Shown: positions 8,590-16,899 of the stretch, piece after piece
Layout of the letters: each line of letters begins with the position of its first letter
Numbering within the stretch: position 1 is the first letter of the stretch
Virus record (IMG/VR): IMGVR_UViG_3300037602_000058
Location: 1 to 43,032 of that record
Reading direction: 5' to 3' (one strand)
Length of the DNA stretch: 43,032 nucleotides
Source of the DNA: a virus
Taxonomy: Duplodnaviria; Caudoviricetes
Made by a program: the position numbers and the translations under genes
Notes under the pieces: model-generated
Told to the model about the DNA's origin: nothing
What the model saw: the letters and a program-made list of their open reading frames with translations, nothing else
Databases searched by the model: none

Positions 8590-9429
8590 TTACCAGCGCC
8601 GGAACAGCTTGGCAAGCAACGCCCAAAATCCGGTTGGTTCGGTCTTCGGTTTCGGCGCCGGTGCATCGACGTTAACGCGCGTCGGATCCGATTGCGGGGG
8701 TTTGGGCGCAGGCACGTCGACGCGGGGGGATGTCCACGCCGGGGGTGTTTCCGGCAGGGTCGTCGGCTTGGTCGCGCCGGTTTGCCCCCAGCCGGCCGCC
8801 ACAAGCGCCGCGTGGAACTTCCAATGGTTGGCCGTAACTTCGGCGTCGGATCCGTCAACCCCGTTCACGATGCGCCGGGGGTGCAAACCGGGCGGGTTGT
8901 CGAGTGCCGAAGGGAAGCCAAACCGGGAAAGCTTGATGGCGCCGTGTTTGTCGCGGCGAAATTTCCCCTGGACCATGCCTTGCACCGCGATCTTGGCGCC
9001 GGTGACGGGCTCGAGCGCGCGCTCCGGATGCTTGCGCAGCGGGACGCCCAGCAAGCGTTCGAATTTCTCGTAATTCGGCCAATGCGTCAACTGGATCGGC
9101 CCCCGGCCAAAAGCGCCGTCCCGCCAATAGGGGGTTTTCACGCCTTTGAGTTTGCCCGAAGCGTACGCGCGGTCCAGCCTGGCGATCACGGTTGCGTCGG
9201 ACGGGTTCTTGTCCTTGTGCCACGGCATCACGGTTTCTTTGATGCCCAGCATGTTGCCGCCGGTTTCGCGGTGGACGTTCGCGAGTATGTGCGCGGCGTG
9301 GTGGGCGTCGTTCACTTTGGACGACTGCATTTCCGACAAAAGCGCATTCATACCGTCCACCTGGGCGTCGGTGAGCGATCCACCAAAAACGTTCTTGCGC
9401 ACGGCATTGTAAAAAATCGTTCTGTTCAT
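8590..9429 (-). CDS. endolysin, GH19/lysozyme-like
   Basis: AHILANVHRETG and FGRGPIQLTHWPNY motifs; ATG 9429 with GGAG RBS; head of lysis cassette. Confidence 0.85.
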   Translation of the reverse strand: MNRTIFYNAVRKNVFGGSLTDAQVDGMNALLSEMQSSKVNDAHHAAHILANVHRETGGNMLGIKETVMPWHKDKNPSDATVIARLDRAYASGKLKGVKTPYWRDGAFGRGPIQLTHWPNYEKFERLLGVPLRKHPERALEPVTGAKIAVQGMVQGKFRRDKHGAIKLSRFGFPSALDNPPGLHPRRIVNGVDGSDAEVTANHWKFHAALVAAGWGQTGATKPTTLPETPPAWTSPRVDVPAPKPPQSDPTRVNVDAPAPKPKTEPTGFWALLAKLFRRW

Positions 9430-9449
9430 TGTGGTTTTCTCCGGTTTGT

Positions 9450-9491
9450 TAAACAAAAACCCCCGCAGCGTTGGCAAACTGCGGGGGTTTT
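9450..9491 (-). terminator. intrinsic terminator-like hairpin between promoter and endolysin
   Basis: 13-bp stem AAAACCCCCGCAG (9456-9468)/CTGCGGGGGTTTT (9479-9491), 10-nt loop, T-rich tail on minus strand. Confidence 0.8.
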
Positions 9492-9527
9492 CGGTCGGGT
9501 CAATCCTTGGGAGGCTTGTTCCTACGG
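9450..9527 (-). ncRNA. predicted ~75-nt small RNA or attenuated leader
   Basis: Promoter at 9533-9561 and terminator at 9450-9491 bracket it; loop UUUGCCAACG; contains CCUCCC. Confidence 0.5.
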
Positions 9528-9532
9528 TGCTG

Positions 9533-9561
9533 AACCTATCCGCAAATGACGGCGCTGTCAA
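9533..9561 (-). promoter_or_regulatory. sigma70 promoter with operator palindrome
   Basis: TTGACA-17-TAGGTT; ATGACG-GCGC-TGTCAA at 9546-9561. Confidence 0.8.
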
Positions 9562-9590
9562 TCTTGGTTGGCGCGATCTGAAAAACGGGG

Positions 9591-9779
9591 CTAGTTGGAT
9601 TGACCTAATGCGACCTCTTGCGCCCTCCGTTTGGCCATGACCGCCGCGATGTAATTCGGGCTGTTCTGCGGCGTAGAAGTCAGGTGGAAGTGGTCAGGGC
9701 ATATCTCCACCTCTCCCTCGAATTGAGCCGCAGGGTGAAGGTGGGGCTGCGCAGATCCGCAGCGTGGGCACTTGGTCAT
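9591..9779 (-). CDS. small Cys/His putative Zn-binding protein
   Basis: CPRC...HLHP...CPDHFH; AAAGGA RBS. Confidence 0.7.
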   Translation of the reverse strand: MTKCPRCGSAQPHLHPAAQFEGEVEICPDHFHLTSTPQNSPNYIAAVMAKRRAQEVALGQSN

Positions 9780-9795
9780 CTGTTTTCCTTTCGGG

Positions 9796-9975
9796 CTATT
9801 TGGATTTAGATTTCAGTCGCTGGTAAGCCGGCCAAAAGTCTGCACGGCAGCGGCTGCATCGATATTCCATGTCGATTGATCCTCCGCACATTGTGCAGAA
9901 ACCTCGCCAGTTGAAGTTGGCTGGCAGGATCTCGACTTTCACTTCTGAGTTATCGGGTGGGGAAGGGTCCCACAT
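9796..9975 (-). CDS. small zinc-ribbon protein (59 aa)
   Basis: Read by hand: GGAGGG RBS; MWDPSPPD...FCTMCGGSIDMEYRCSRCRADFW. Confidence 0.7.
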   Translation of the reverse strand: MWDPSPPDNSEVKVEILPANFNWRGFCTMCGGSIDMEYRCSRCRADFWPAYQRLKSKSK

Positions 9976-10008
9976 AGCTTGCCCTCCGGGCTAGTTGGTC
10001 GTGATGCG

Positions 10009-10174
10009 TTATGAATAAAGCGCAAGGCTCACGGCCTGCATGATTTCCACGCATTCGTCTTCGGTGAGCTGATCGGCGGCCTGCCAAAAAAAAAAGGGCG
10101 TTAGCGCCCTCAATGTCTCCGGAACGGATAGCGTTGTAAATTTCGTCTTTTGCGGAATTTTGTGCGGGGCTCAT
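10009..10174 (-). pseudogene. small helical protein apparently frameshifted at a T10 tract
   Basis: MSPAQ...ANALFF then A10 at 10086-10095; T9 would continue WQAADQLTEDECVEIMQAVSLALYS*. Confidence 0.55.
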
Positions 10175-10209
10175 AGCGGGGACCTCGGTTTGCATTTTGG
10201 CGTACGACG

Positions 10210-10238
10210 TATATAGCGCGTAATGACGCCTCCGTCAA
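10210..10238 (-). promoter_or_regulatory. sigma70 promoter with operator palindrome
   Basis: TTGACG-17-TATATA (GCTATA context); ATGACG-CCTC-CGTCAA at 10223-10238. Confidence 0.8.
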
Positions 10239-10245
10239 ATAGAAA

Positions 10246-12672
10246 CTATCGTTTGAATTCGGCAGCGGTGGTTTCGCTGATCGCTTTGTTTTGGGCTTCG
10301 CTATAGACGCGCGCCACATCTGCCGGCGTCTTGAGGTTCTCCCACGGTATCGAGCCGATTTTGCAGAACAGCCGCGGTTTGGTGTTGTCGGGCGCCACGA
10401 TCGACTTTGTGCGGCCGTTGTTGTCGGCAAGCGCGGGGTGCCAGTCGTAGCCCAGCGCTTGCATGATCTGGCGCCGTTTGTTTCGCGGGATCCGCAACCG
10501 CAGCCGGTCGATCAACTGATCCAGCGACTTTGATGAAATCCAACCGCCGCAGAAACCGGGCGTATCTTCGCCGACGGCTTCCAATATTTCCTGTTCTAGG
10601 TGCCCGCGGCCCGAAGCCACGGCAACGTCGGTCGAGCTCGTACGCGGCGCGCGGATCACAAGGCGCGCCGGATCAAAGCGCGCTTCAATCGCCCGCGTGT
10701 GGAGATAGTGCCCCATAACCCGGATGCCATAATTTTCGCCGTGTCCGGCATATTCCCCCAGGCCCAAAAGCCAATCGCGCAAATTGGCCACGTAAGCGTC
10801 TGTCATGCCGTCGCGCTGCATGTCCGCCTTGGTTTGCTGGGCGCAGAAAAACGCCCCGTACCGGCGGTCTTCGTCCACGATCGGGACGCCGTCTTGGTGG
10901 TTCGTAACGATAATTCCGTTTGCGCGGTTATCCCCAGTTATTTCTTCGACGCCTTTGCCCTCAATCGGTATCGTTCGATTGGTTACGGTCGTTTTGAAGC
11001 CTTCGAAAAACTCGCGGCGGTCGGCGGCGTAAACTTCGTCCAGGCCCAGGAACAGCTTGCATTCAATCCAGCCATTAAAGTTGCTGTCCCCCTTCACCAT
11101 CTTTTTCATGTTCGGCATATGGGCGTAGTGCGAGCCCACGGCGTTTGACATGATCAGCAGCAAGAACGATTTAAAGTTGCCCTGGGCGCCTTGAACGACA
11201 GGCCACCATTGCATCTTTGCACCGGGGTTCTGCACCACGCTTGCCATGTACGAGAGCAATAGCTCGAGATCGTCGCCATGGGGCAGCATGCGCCGCATGT
11301 GGTCAACAAACGGCGACGGGTCGCCCGGCGTAATGTCAACGTGGGCCGGGAAATAGGCATTGGCCAGGCGCTTACCGCTATCCATGACCACGCCGCCGGC
11401 GCCATGTTCCGGCCGGAAGCAAAGCCGATCGGCAACGGTTGGTTTGAACGTCCGCGCCTGGGTGAACGCTTCCCACGCGCTCGAAGTCATTTTCTTGCCA
11501 TCGGCGGAAAGGACAAAATCATATCCCCCATAAACCGCATCAAACCGCCCTTGGTTGAGCAAGTCGCCGCCCGGCGTGAGGATCTTGTGAACGCTGGCGA
11601 CATAGACGCAGCCCCCAAAATGCAAAAGCTGGTCGTGGTGTGACTTGATGCCGTCCCCGGGTCGTGTCTCAAAACCGGACGCGGCGGCTTGGTCGCTTGT
11701 AACGGGCGGCGGTGGTGGCACGGCGGCGGCTTCGGCGGGTGCTTTGTAAACGCCGGTAACCAGCTGCCGTGCCTTGAGGATTGTTCCTTCCAGGTAGTCG
11801 GGCCGGTCTTCCCATTTCTGCCGCAACAGGGCGCTTCGTCGCATGAGCCGTTCCATGCGTTCGCAGTTACGCCCCGTCCAAAACGCCAGCTGGTTTGCAA
11901 GCGACTGGTCCGCGCTGGACGCGTCGTACGGGTTGCCCCCGGACCCGGGCCAGCGTTTCGCCAGCGCGTCCGCATCGGCGGCCCATAGTTCGGCAAAAGA
12001 CAGTTTGCCCGGGCCGCCGAACGCATCGGCGGCGCTGTTGCCCCCCGACCGCAAAGCCCGGTTCAAAAGTTCGTCGTCGTCTTCCGGCCCGGACCATTCG
12101 GGGTCCGGTTCCGTTGTCCAGTCCGCCGGCGTCTGCCCGGCCACGGGCTCGAAGTATTCGGCAACCAGCGAAGCCACGGCGGCCGTGTGGTCGGTGGCGG
12201 CGGATCCGGTCGCGGACAGCCCGGTTAGTGCAACAAAACGCTCTTGGCTGTATAGCTCGATACCCAACGGGACGTTTTTGTTTCGGTGCGGCGGCAAACT
12301 CGAATACCGCCCTATGACGTGCAAGCCTGTCCCGGATTGCGACACTTCGACGCACGCACCCGCAAACCGTCCGCAAAGTTCGTTGGCAAGTTGTGACCAC
12401 GCGCCGTCGATCAGCGCTTTGTCTATGTCGAGAAAAAAGAACGGATCGGCAGCGGTAAACACGAAGCCCACCCCGGCCATGCCCTGGGCGCCGCAGTACG
12501 CGCCCGCCTGTTCGTATGTGCCCCAGTCGGACGGGTTCGTGGACGACGCCCGGCGCCCATGGATCGGGGAGTATGGGATTTTGTCCCATTTTTCGCGCGG
12601 CGCGTTCCACTCAAGGCGCCACGCGACGAATTGTGGCCATTCGGCCAAAGGTGCCAACGGTTGTGCGAGCAT
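10246..12672 (-). CDS. primase-polymerase/SF3 helicase fusion (NrS-1-like)
   Basis: AEP motifs FLDID, SQSGTGLH, IELYS; helical DxSSADxxLAxxLAFWTG; Walker A GAQGNFKS, Walker B LGLDE. Confidence 0.9.
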   Translation of the reverse strand: MLAQPLAPLAEWPQFVAWRLEWNAPREKWDKIPYSPIHGRRASSTNPSDWGTYEQAGAYCGAQGMAGVGFVFTAADPFFFLDIDKALIDGAWSQLANELCGRFAGACVEVSQSGTGLHVIGRYSSLPPHRNKNVPLGIELYSQERFVALTGLSATGSAATDHTAAVASLVAEYFEPVAGQTPADWTTEPDPEWSGPEDDDELLNRALRSGGNSAADAFGGPGKLSFAELWAADADALAKRWPGSGGNPYDASSADQSLANQLAFWTGRNCERMERLMRRSALLRQKWEDRPDYLEGTILKARQLVTGVYKAPAEAAAVPPPPPVTSDQAAASGFETRPGDGIKSHHDQLLHFGGCVYVASVHKILTPGGDLLNQGRFDAVYGGYDFVLSADGKKMTSSAWEAFTQARTFKPTVADRLCFRPEHGAGGVVMDSGKRLANAYFPAHVDITPGDPSPFVDHMRRMLPHGDDLELLLSYMASVVQNPGAKMQWWPVVQGAQGNFKSFLLLIMSNAVGSHYAHMPNMKKMVKGDSNFNGWIECKLFLGLDEVYAADRREFFEGFKTTVTNRTIPIEGKGVEEITGDNRANGIIVTNHQDGVPIVDEDRRYGAFFCAQQTKADMQRDGMTDAYVANLRDWLLGLGEYAGHGENYGIRVMGHYLHTRAIEARFDPARLVIRAPRTSSTDVAVASGRGHLEQEILEAVGEDTPGFCGGWISSKSLDQLIDRLRLRIPRNKRRQIMQALGYDWHPALADNNGRTKSIVAPDNTKPRLFCKIGSIPWENLKTPADVARVYSEAQNKAISETTAAEFKR

Positions 12673-12678
12673 GACGCG

Positions 12679-12981
12679 TTACGCCGTCGCCAGATAGGCC
12701 GCAGCCTTTTCCCGTATCTCTTGCGGCGCGGCAAGGACCAGCGCGTGCCGATCCCCCAGCCCCTGGGCAACAACGGGGATTACCCCGCGTTCGATCGCGG
12801 CGGACAAAACCGCGCGTTTCAGTTCCGGCATGGTGCCAAAGACGTTGTTGATGGTCCCCAGCGATACGCCGGCGGCGGTTGCCACACTCTCGCGCGTAAT
12901 CCACTGGTACCCGACGCTGCACGCCAGTTCCAGCGCCGCGTCCAGGATGCGGGCGTCCCGGTTCTCGATAATTTTAGCCAT
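12679..12981 (-). CDS. TetR-like HTH transcriptional regulator
   Basis: RILDAALEL...GYQWITRESVATAAGVSLGTINNVFG; ATG 12981 with AAGGA RBS. Confidence 0.85.
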   Translation of the reverse strand: MAKIIENRDARILDAALELACSVGYQWITRESVATAAGVSLGTINNVFGTMPELKRAVLSAAIERGVIPVVAQGLGDRHALVLAAPQEIREKAAAYLATA

Positions 12982-13312
12982 TGTCTGCGGTCCTTTTGGG
13001 CGTTCGATCGCCGGATGGTATAACGCTATTGACGACCCCGTCAAGTAATCTGCGGCGTTGGGGTGTGGGGTCCCCCAGAATAGCGGCCGTTAACGTGTCA
13101 GGATAGTCTGTTATGCGAACGCGCCACGCCGGGCGGTCCGGGGGTGTTTTTGGTTTGCGCGGCTTCGCAGACTTTGGGCCGTATCCGGGCGTGACGATCC
13201 GCCGAATGGTCATATGATGGACCCCGAAGTGATCGGCGACCGCGGCAAAGCTTTTCCCGCGGTCGATCATTTTTAACACGCGGTCGCGCGGAATGTGTTT
13301 TTTCGCGGGCAT
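12974..13312 (-). CDS. HTH DNA-binding protein
   Basis: KMIDRGKSFAAVADHFGVHHMTIRRIV; TAATG coupling with the VRR-NUC gene. Confidence 0.7.
   Translation of the reverse strand: MPAKKHIPRDRVLKMIDRGKSFAAVADHFGVHHMTIRRIVTPGYGPKSAKPRKPKTPPDRPAWRVRITDYPDTLTAAILGDPTPQRRRLLDGVVNSVIPSGDRTPKRTADNG
13017..13044 (-). promoter_or_regulatory. promoter/operator upstream of the TetR-like gene
   Basis: TTGACG-ACCC-CGTCAA at 13029-13044; TTGACG-16-TATACC. Confidence 0.75.
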
Positions 13313-13806
13313 TACCCGAAAGACCCCGGACCGGTTGTAAATTTGGCGTCTCCGCCATGTTTGAGGATAAGCATTTGCCAGTTCAATTGAGCCTGTTCGT
13401 GCGCATCCCCGGAAAAAACCCACCCAGGCCGCTTGCATTCGCGGCTCACAAACTGCCCGATTGTCGAACCGACATGCGCCGGCGTGATCATCACAGGTCG
13501 GATCCCGATCAGATCAGCCGATTTCAGAACCTTGTTTTGCGCGGGGGTTTCGTTTGCCAGCCCCCACCGTATATGACGGCGTTTCCCGTCGTCTTCGGTA
13601 ATCGTCCGGGCGCCCACATTGTTGCGGGTCAACCAAACGCCAAAACGGGGGGCCTCGAGCCGCACGGCGGATTGCGCCCATGCTTCCGTTTGGCCCCCCG
13701 TTTCCCCGGTGCCAGCGTCGCGCGTAAGGCTCGACACTAGGTCCGCCAGACATTCCGGGGGGATGCTCCACCGATCGGCCCATTGCTGCAATTCGCTCAT
13801 GGTCAC
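13312..13806 (-). CDS. VRR-NUC-like (PD-(D/E)xK) nuclease or resolvase
   Basis: E...Q..VRL, RNNVG, SADLIG, FVSRECKRPG, Q..W motifs. Confidence 0.85.
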   Translation of the reverse strand: MTMSELQQWADRWSIPPECLADLVSSLTRDAGTGETGGQTEAWAQSAVRLEAPRFGVWLTRNNVGARTITEDDGKRRHIRWGLANETPAQNKVLKSADLIGIRPVMITPAHVGSTIGQFVSRECKRPGWVFSGDAHEQAQLNWQMLILKHGGDAKFTTGPGSFG

Positions 13807-13916
13807 ACCCGGCTTATCTGGTATTGGTGTTCGTTGATCTGCAGCGCGCGGACCGTGAGCCCCGCGACCGACAGCAGCAACGCAACCGCAAGCGCGGTCA
13901 ACAGGAAACGTTCCAC
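13803..13916 (-). CDS. small single-TM protein (37 aa)
   Basis: Read by hand: AAAGGA RBS, GTG start, ERFLLTALAVALLLSVAGL. Confidence 0.55.
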   Translation of the reverse strand: MERFLLTALAVALLLSVAGLTVRALQINEHQYQISRV

Positions 13917-13920
13917 AGTT

Positions 13921-14133
13921 TTATCCTTTCGGGAAATATGGGTGTTTGGGCCTGGGTAGCCACGCCACGGGCCATTCCGTCGAAGCGAGGTTTGCCCAGC
14001 GCCCGCCGGGGTGGAACTTGTTTGGCGGGATAAAATGGCTGAAAAGCACTTCGCCCGCCATGGTCCCGACGATCACACGGCGGCCGTCGGTTGGCAAGTT
14101 TTCGATGTCGGTTCGCAGCGTGATTTCGATCAT
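13921..14133 (-). CDS. hypothetical protein (DUF551-like)
   Basis: IENLPTDGRRVIV...PVAWLPRP pattern; ATGA overlap. Confidence 0.6.
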   Translation of the reverse strand: MIEITLRTDIENLPTDGRRVIVGTMAGEVLFSHFIPPNKFHPGGRWANLASTEWPVAWLPRPKHPYFPKG

Positions 14134-14333
14134 GATGGTTTCCGCCAATCGTCGGCGATCGCCTTTTCTGCAGACGCGCGCGTTGCGTCGGAAACGAGGA
14201 TTTCCCCGTCGTGGTCGTACACCGTGAAAAACCCGCTATCCTCTTCGATAACGTGCCCCGTGTCCAAACACCCGTCACAAGAGGACCCGAACGTGCCGTT
14301 GCGGCGCAGATATATGATTGCGTTGCTCGTCAT
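14130..14333 (-). CDS. hypothetical protein, first gene of cassette
   Basis: AGGAGTTGGCAAAAATG leader sets start at 14333. Confidence 0.7.
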   Translation of the reverse strand: MTSNAIIYLRRNGTFGSSCDGCLDTGHVIEEDSGFFTVYDHDGEILVSDATRASAEKAIADDWRKPS

Positions 14334-14360
14334 TTTTGCCAACTCCTAGTTTGTAAAAAT

Positions 14361-14389
14361 ACTCTAGCCCTAAATGACGGGGGCGTCAA
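14361..14389 (-). promoter_or_regulatory. sigma70 promoter with operator palindrome
   Basis: TTGACG-17-TAGAGT; ATGACG-GGGG-CGTCAA at 14374-14389. Confidence 0.8.
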
Positions 14390-16121
14390 ATAGAATTTTT
14401 TCGATCAAGGCGCCCGCCTCGTTTGGTCCGAACGCCAGGCAGGTCAGGACGTCCACGCCGAAGCGTTCAAAAAACAGCTTTTGGATTTCTCGATCGGACA
14501 GCCCCCGAGCGTGCCAGATGCCGCCCCAAACGGCCATGGTTTCCCGCAGCGCTTTTTGCGCTTCGATCTTCGGGGCGTGGGTTTTCGCGTTTCGCCAAAT
14601 GAAATGCTGCGGTAACCCCGTCGCGGCCAGTTTTGCCCGGTAGTCGTCCAGGCTCATAACCGCTTCGGCCGCCTTGTTTCGCAGCGCTTCCAGCATGGCC
14701 GGGTCCATCATGACCATATCGCCGTCAACCGCAGCCGGCGAAGCGCGCGCCGCGGGCGGGGGTGGTTCGGACCCGCAGTACGGGCAACACGTCCGGAACT
14801 TTTCATACGGTTGCCCGCACTCCGGAACGTTAAGGCACGCCCGAAACTGGATCGCGTCCGAAGGCTCGTTTTTGCCTCGAGTAGATGCCAGGTTCCACAC
14901 GCATGGCCGATCGGGCGGACCGTGCCGGGTGAAGTTGCCCACGTGGTCGACGACATACGCAATGGGCTTTGGGCTCGCGGCGATGGCCGCCAATCGCTGT
15001 TCGCGCGTTTGGGCCGCCTTATATTCCGGCGTCATGAGCGGCCGAAGAACCCGCCCGATCTGTTGCCGGACCAACCCTTTGGACGCGGACGCCCGCGCCA
15101 ACGTAGCAACCTCGAGCGCGGGAAAGTCGGTTCCTTCGGAAATCACATCAACCGCAAGAATGACGTGGACTTGGCCGGCCTCAAGCCGATCGAAGATGCG
15201 CCAGCGCACCGCGTCGTCCGTTTCCCCGGTAATCAGTTCGGCGACAAAACCCGCGCTTCGATATGCGGTAAGCATTTCGGTCGCACGCTCGACACTGGAC
15301 GCAAACACGACAGCGCGGCGCGGGGTCTGGGATGCGGGGACCCCGCGAATACACCCGGCGTTCAAATTGCGATACGTCTTTACCGCGTCGCCAATGATCG
15401 GCGTTTGCCCCTCGGCGGCTTTCAATTGGGCCGTCGACCAATCCCCGGTTTTGCCCACGGCGCCCAGTAGATCCACCACGTGGCTATCCGCGCAAACCAC
15501 CCGGTAGTCGCATAGATACCCCTCGTTTATGAGCCACCGCATGGGCGGCCCCTCAACCATGAAATCGGCAACCCCCGCGCCGCCCAATTCTTCCGACCCC
15601 AGCCCCTGCCCGTCGGCGCGTTCGGGCGTGGCCGTCGGCAGCAACCCCCGGACGGCCGGGTTGGTGAATTTGGAAATCGCCGTATGCCATTTATTGCCGA
15701 CGACCAGGTGGTGCCCTTCGTCGATAACCCAAAGCGTGACGGACGCGGCCCAATTTTCCAGACCCTTACGCCGCACAAGTGTATCCACACTGGCGACCAC
15801 GCATGGCGCGTTGGGGTCGAAAAACGATCGACCGAAGATTTTAACGTGCCGTTCTGCGATCTTCCGGCGGTTCTTTTCGCTGGCGATGATGTTGTGACGA
15901 ACGCCGCACGCCGCAAGCGCAATCGACAGTTGGGAAACAATCGTGTCCCGGTGAGCGATCACACAAGACGCGCCGACGTGGTCCTGGATAATAGACGCGA
16001 GCGTTGCGGTCTTGCCCGCCCCGGTATCCATCCGCAAGATGACCACGCGACGCCCGGCGGCCCATGCCGCGAGCGTTTCGGCTTTGGCTTTAGCCTGGTA
16101 GGGTCGAAGCGTTACGGTCAT
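14370..16121 (-). CDS. superfamily II DEAD/DEAH-like helicase with Zn finger
   Basis: LRPYQ, DTGAGKT, IDEGHH, TATPER, EGTDFP, QQIGRVLR; C..C...CPYC. Confidence 0.92.
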   Translation of the reverse strand: MTVTLRPYQAKAKAETLAAWAAGRRVVILRMDTGAGKTATLASIIQDHVGASCVIAHRDTIVSQLSIALAACGVRHNIIASEKNRRKIAERHVKIFGRSFFDPNAPCVVASVDTLVRRKGLENWAASVTLWVIDEGHHLVVGNKWHTAISKFTNPAVRGLLPTATPERADGQGLGSEELGGAGVADFMVEGPPMRWLINEGYLCDYRVVCADSHVVDLLGAVGKTGDWSTAQLKAAEGQTPIIGDAVKTYRNLNAGCIRGVPASQTPRRAVVFASSVERATEMLTAYRSAGFVAELITGETDDAVRWRIFDRLEAGQVHVILAVDVISEGTDFPALEVATLARASASKGLVRQQIGRVLRPLMTPEYKAAQTREQRLAAIAASPKPIAYVVDHVGNFTRHGPPDRPCVWNLASTRGKNEPSDAIQFRACLNVPECGQPYEKFRTCCPYCGSEPPPPAARASPAAVDGDMVMMDPAMLEALRNKAAEAVMSLDDYRAKLAATGLPQHFIWRNAKTHAPKIEAQKALRETMAVWGGIWHARGLSDREIQKLFFERFGVDVLTCLAFGPNEAGALIEKILFDAPVI

Positions 16122-16876
16122 TTTTCCTCACAAAAAATGCCGCATTCAATGGACATGTTTTTTAGGGGTCGGCCAATGGCGTTTTGCGGCAGTTCATCCA
16201 AAAAGATGCGTTTTCCCTGGTACCGTACGAGCCTAGCCCCCAGCCGCCGCGACTGTTCGGCGCGCTCTGCGAAAACCTCCGGGCGCGTGCGCCGTACCAA
16301 GTTCCAATAAGTCGGGCTTGTGGCTTTCACGCACCCGATGCAATTCGCGTTCGGGTAGCCTTCCGAATAGACGCGGGGCAGGGAAAGGCCTTGTCCGATC
16401 AAAAACCGCGCGCAGTCTTCTTTCGTCATGCCTGCGTCAATTAAAACCGGAATTACATTGCTGCGTTCGGTCAAGACGAAACGGTCAAACCGTGATTTTT
16501 CGTCTGCCGTAAAACCCAAAACATGCCAGTCGACGCGCCAATGGCGTTCGTAATCCTGTCTCGCTTCTTTTTTCAGGTGGACCGTGCAAGGCGCGCCTTT
16601 AGGAAAAACCATCGCCCCGCGGCGGTCCCATACCATCTTTGCCGAACCTTCGGGGTACTTCGGGGAAACGTGGCGTATGACGGGGCGGTTAAGCCAGCGT
16701 TCGACGTCTAATTGGAAACGTAAGTTATCCGCATCCTCTTCGATAACGGGGTTGTTGATCACGCGAACGTTGCAGGCTTCGCCGAAGCGCTGCAGGGTGA
16801 TGAAAGCCGCCAGCGCGGTGGCGGCCCCGTTAGAAAACCAGACTGCAACATTGTCGCCGGGCTTAGGTCGTGCCAT
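16118..16876 (-). CDS. PAPS-reductase-like / adenine-nucleotide alpha-hydrolase family protein
   Basis: VWFSNGAAT (degenerate PP-loop), APCT..LK, GFTADE..R, NANCIGCVK, ECGIFC; start from GGAGTTGGC leader. Confidence 0.75.
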   Translation of the reverse strand: MARPKPGDNVAVWFSNGAATALAAFITLQRFGEACNVRVINNPVIEEDADNLRFQLDVERWLNRPVIRHVSPKYPEGSAKMVWDRRGAMVFPKGAPCTVHLKKEARQDYERHWRVDWHVLGFTADEKSRFDRFVLTERSNVIPVLIDAGMTKEDCARFLIGQGLSLPRVYSEGYPNANCIGCVKATSPTYWNLVRRTRPEVFAERAEQSRRLGARLVRYQGKRIFLDELPQNAIGRPLKNMSIECGIFCEEK

Positions 16877-16899
16877 TTTTGCCAACTCCAAATTTTTAT

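Noticed and set aside
8359-9549. Long antisense ORFs (8359..9549, 24979..26100, 30893..32035, 39143..40270 and similar)
   Set aside because: Shadows of GC-rich genes on the opposite strand; Arg-rich with no motifs.
9796-9870. 24-aa peptide with GGAGG RBS
   Set aside because: It is the C-terminal part of the 59-aa zinc-ribbon ORF 9796..9975.
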